Shown: positions 61,007 to 64,000 of the stretch, in pieces
How positions within the stretch are numbered: position 1 is the stretch's first letter
Layout of the letters: every line of letters begins with the position of its first letter
Source of the DNA: Candidatus Bathyarchaeota archaeon
GTDB lineage: Archaea > Thermoproteota > Bathyarchaeia > Bathyarchaeales > Bathycorpusculaceae
Assembly (NCBI GenBank): GCA_963733095.1
Contig: CAVTBV010000013.1
Location: 1-64,000, forward strand
Length of the DNA: 64,000 nucleotides
Direction of reading: 5' to 3'
Made by a program: the position numbers and the translations under genes
Notes under the pieces: model-generated
Seen by the model: the letters and a program-made list of their open reading frames with translations, nothing else
What the model was told of the DNA's origin: nothing
Databases searched by the model: none

Positions 61007-61938
61007 TGAAAGCGCTAAAAATCAAAAAAACGTTCGTATTGGTGGCGTTCTTCTTAGTGCTTACTTTAATACCCGCTGTTTGTGTAAAGCCTGCAAACCC
61101 TCAGGTGTCCCTCGCAACGGTTATTATTCTGCCTGACGGGTCCGTTTCGCCTTCAACCGCGCCGATTATGCAGAATGGAAACACCTACACCTTAACAGGC
61201 GACCTAAACGCCGCCATTAAAATTCAGAAAAGCAACATAGTACTAGATGGTGCTGGCTACACGCTCTCAGGCATATTCAACGGAAACTCAACCGACATTT
61301 GGGTAGTAGGAACAGGACCAGACCCAAATAAGCTGGATTACTACACAATTGGTGTCGATTTAGGCGGCAGCGACGTGGATGGAATTACTGTAAAGAACAT
61401 TAAAGTCGAAAACTTTAGCATCGGTATGTACATTTGGACCCAAAATAACACGGTGACGGAAAATTCTGTCTCAAACAACATCGTTGGCTTGCTCATTTCA
61501 GGATCAAATGGTACTATAACCAAAAATTATATCTCAGAAAACATAGACGGCCTCTTTTTTGGGTCCAACTCCGCTTCAGGAGAATCCCCACCCGACATGA
61601 TTGTTCACCAAAACTCATTCATAGAAAACAACGTGCAAATCAGCGGGTGCCAATGCAAAACCTACAACCTCACAGAAACCCCCCACTACTGGGATAACGG
61701 CAAAGCAGGCAACTACTGGAGCGACTACAACGGCACCGACGCCAACGGCGATGGCATAGGAGACACAGCTTACGTAATCGATCCGCTAGACCTCGACCGT
61801 TATCCACTTATGCAAAGTCCAGTCCAATCTACCCTTCAGACGGCAACAATTCCCCTTGAATCCATAACTTTTGGTGTCTTAGCGATGACTGTTGTGGTTG
61901 CTGCAGTGTTTGTCTATAGGCAAAGAAAGAAAAAGTAG
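61006..61938 (+). CDS. NosD/CASH-like beta-helix surface protein
   Basis: GNYWSDY.GTD.NGDGIGD..Y and DRYPL motifs; C-terminal TM. Confidence 0.85.
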   Translation: MKALKIKKTFVLVAFFLVLTLIPAVCVKPANPQVSLATVIILPDGSVSPSTAPIMQNGNTYTLTGDLNAAIKIQKSNIVLDGAGYTLSGIFNGNSTDIWVVGTGPDPNKLDYYTIGVDLGGSDVDGITVKNIKVENFSIGMYIWTQNNTVTENSVSNNIVGLLISGSNGTITKNYISENIDGLFFGSNSASGESPPDMIVHQNSFIENNVQISGCQCKTYNLTETPHYWDNGKAGNYWSDYNGTDANGDGIGDTAYVIDPLDLDRYPLMQSPVQSTLQTATIPLESITFGVLAMTVVVAAVFVYRQRKKK

Positions 61939-61995
61939 GGTTGGTTGCGGTATTCTTTTATCTCAATTCCTAATTTACCTGTTAATGGTGATTTA

Positions 61996-62571
61996 GTGAA
62001 AGTTGTTGCCATTAATGGGAGTGCACGAAAAGACGGAAACACCGCCATACTAATCAAGCGTGTTTTGAGTGTTTTGGAGAGTGAAGGCATAGAAACCGAA
62101 TTAATCCAGCTTGCAGGCGAACAAATCCACGGTTGCACCGCATGCGGAATCTGCCAAAAAGTCCAGAACAAACAGTGCAAAATCGTAAACGACAACGTTA
62201 ACCTCTTTATCGAAAAGATGGCGGCGGCAGATGGCATAATTCTTGGGTCGCCCACATACTTTTCCATGATGACTACTGAGATGAAGGCGCTTATTGACCG
62301 TGCGGGGTTTGTGGGCAGGTCAAACGGGGACCTCTACAAACGCAAAGTCGGCGCTGCAGTCGTGGCCGTGAGGCGGGCAGGCGGCATACCAACCTTCGAC
62401 GCCATAAACCACTTCTTCCTCATCAACCAAATGATTGTTCCTGGCTCATCCTACTGGAACATAGGCGTGGGCTTAGCGAAGGGCGATGTGGAGAAAGACG
62501 AGGAAGGACTCAAAACCATGGATGACTTGGGCAAGAACATGGCGTGGCTACTCAAAAAAGTAAACTCTTAA
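61996..62571 (+). CDS. Iron-sulfur flavoprotein (flavodoxin-like FMN reductase family)
   Basis: [18 protein letters not shown].....C and GSPTYF motifs. Confidence 0.92.
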   Translation: MKVVAINGSARKDGNTAILIKRVLSVLESEGIETELIQLAGEQIHGCTACGICQKVQNKQCKIVNDNVNLFIEKMAAADGIILGSPTYFSMMTTEMKALIDRAGFVGRSNGDLYKRKVGAAVVAVRRAGGIPTFDAINHFFLINQMIVPGSSYWNIGVGLAKGDVEKDEEGLKTMDDLGKNMAWLLKKVNS

Positions 62572-62930
62572 CGCCACTGCATCATGAGTTCAACGCCAGG
62601 TATCTTCTTTCTCTCGTAGATTACGTCCATTATTTTTGAGAACCCAGTTATCGACACTAAGTAAATTGCACCGATAAAAATCCAGACATGCCCTCGGAGC
62701 GTGATTCCTGCAGCTGTCAAATCATAAAGCCCTACCAATGCTAGGGTGGAGGTGCTTTTTGTTCGGCGTCTTAAACTCTATTTTTCTGAAGGCCAGCATA
62801 ACTGCAAGCAGGGTGATGCAGGAAACGAGGAAACGCCAGAAAACAAACGTGAAAGGGTCGATGGTATTTAACCCACTCTTTATGATTGGAAACGAAGTAC
62901 CCCCGAGTGCGCCAGCCAAAATAGTGAGAA
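62568..62930 (-). pseudogene. DMT/EamA transporter remnant
   Basis: GTSFPIIKSGL..IDPFTFVFWRF, then frameshift/truncation. Confidence 0.6.
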
Positions 62931-63068
62931 GACTGCTTTGGCTTTATTGCTAAACGGGTGGGGCAAGGGTTGTCTCCTTTCCCTGTTAGGCAGAGCTTCT
63001 TAGATAAAGCGTTTATGCCTAAAAAAATCGGGGGTGATATGAAAAAAGTTAGAAAAAAGTTGGGATAT

Positions 63069-64000
63069 TTATTTCATTATGGCTTTGAGGTCTTCATCTG
63101 GCGTCTTGATCGGCATAATGTTGAATTTTTCAACAAGAACGTTTAGGATGTTTGGTGTTATGAAGGCTGGTAGACTTGGTCCAATGCGCATGTCTTTTAT
63201 GCCCAGATACAATAGCGATAGCAAGATTGCAACGGCTTTTTGCTCATACCATGAGAGCACTATTGAGAGAGGCAAATCGTTAATTTCCACGTGGAACGCT
63301 TCTGCCAAGGCTTGAGCAATTTTTACTGCCGAGTAAGCATCGTTGCACTGTCCAATGTCGAGCAGGCGTGGGATGTCGTCGATTGTTCCTAGTTCTTTGT
63401 CGAAGAATCGGAATTTTCCGCAGGCAAGCGTCATTATGATGGTGTTGCTGGGTGCTTTCTCCACAAATTCTGTGTAGTAGCTGCGTCCGGGTTTTGCTCC
63501 GTCGCATCCGCCGACAAGTATGAAGCGTTTGATGTGTCCACTCTTTACTGAATCTATAACTTTGCCCGCAACACTTAGAACCGCGTTTCTGCCGAATCCA
63601 ACCAGGACCGTTTTGCCTTCAACATCATCTGGGAACCCTGGCATCTCCAGCGCTTTCTTTATTACTGGTGAGAAGTCTTTGCCGCTAATATGCGTCACGC
63701 CTGGGTAGCCGACCGTTCCAGCTGTGAAAATGTTGCTCTTGTAGCTTTCGATTGGGCGCTGGATGCAGTTGGTTGTCATTAGTATGGCGCCTGGAAACTG
63801 TGCGAATTCTTTCTGCTGGTTTTGCCATGCGGTTCCGTAGTGGCCGTAGAAGTTGGGATATGCTTTGAGTTTTGGGTAGCCGTGGGTTGGGAGCATTTCG
63901 CCGTGGGTATAGACGGTGATGCCTGTGCCTTGGGTTTGTTTTAGTATGTTTTCTAAGTCGATGAGGTCGTGTCCTGAAACGACGATGGCTTTGCCTTTTT
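63069..64000 (-). CDS. hcp: Hybrid-cluster protein (hydroxylamine reductase), 5' partial
   Basis: [32 protein letters not shown] and WYEQKA motifs. Confidence 0.96.
   Translation of the reverse strand, partial: KGKAIVVSGHDLIDLENILKQTQGTGITVYTHGEMLPTHGYPKLKAYPNFYGHYGTAWQNQQKEFAQFPGAILMTTNCIQRPIESYKSNIFTAGTVGYPGVTHISGKDFSPVIKKALEMPGFPDDVEGKTVLVGFGRNAVLSVAGKVIDSVKSGHIKRFILVGGCDGAKPGRSYYTEFVEKAPSNTIIMTLACGKFRFFDKELGTIDDIPRLLDIGQCNDAYSAVKIAQALAEAFHVEINDLPLSIVLSWYEQKAVAILLSLLYLGIKDMRIGPSLPAFITPNILNVLVEKFNIMPIKTPDEDLKAIMK

Noticed and set aside
1-64000. CRISPR array, cas genes, rRNA, reverse transcriptase
   Set aside because: No regularly spaced repeat-spacer array or recognisable motifs were seen

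Overview
Archaeal chromosomal window. GatD/GatE, Elp3, RIO2, Sm, S30e and an aRF1-like gene are present; gene content and style suggest Bathyarchaeia/TACK (inference). The first ~3 kb carries several frameshifts, probably consensus errors. Roughly 11.7-29.2 kb is an accessory island ending at tRNA-Leu(CAG). Its main feature is a ~3.5 kb tyrosine-recombinase element (14187-17686) with ~43-bp imperfect terminal inverted repeats and a CACCCG direct repeat. It encodes an integrase, a HEPN/AbiV-like protein, two unannotated AbrB-like microproteins and a membrane protein, and it contains a highly structured ~320-nt non-coding region. The element appears to have inserted into a conserved non-coding site of which two intact copies remain (19596-19687, 28684-28776); these sites divide the island into cargo modules. 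Other highlights: an aRF1 paralogue lacking GGQ/NIKS, two arsenic modules sharing one ferredoxin family, two further candidate structured RNAs (33384-33612, 44875-45006), a Cren7-like microprotein and an MgtA with a C-terminal winged-helix-like extension. All calls come from motif recognition and manual base-pairing; no searches or folding programs were run.
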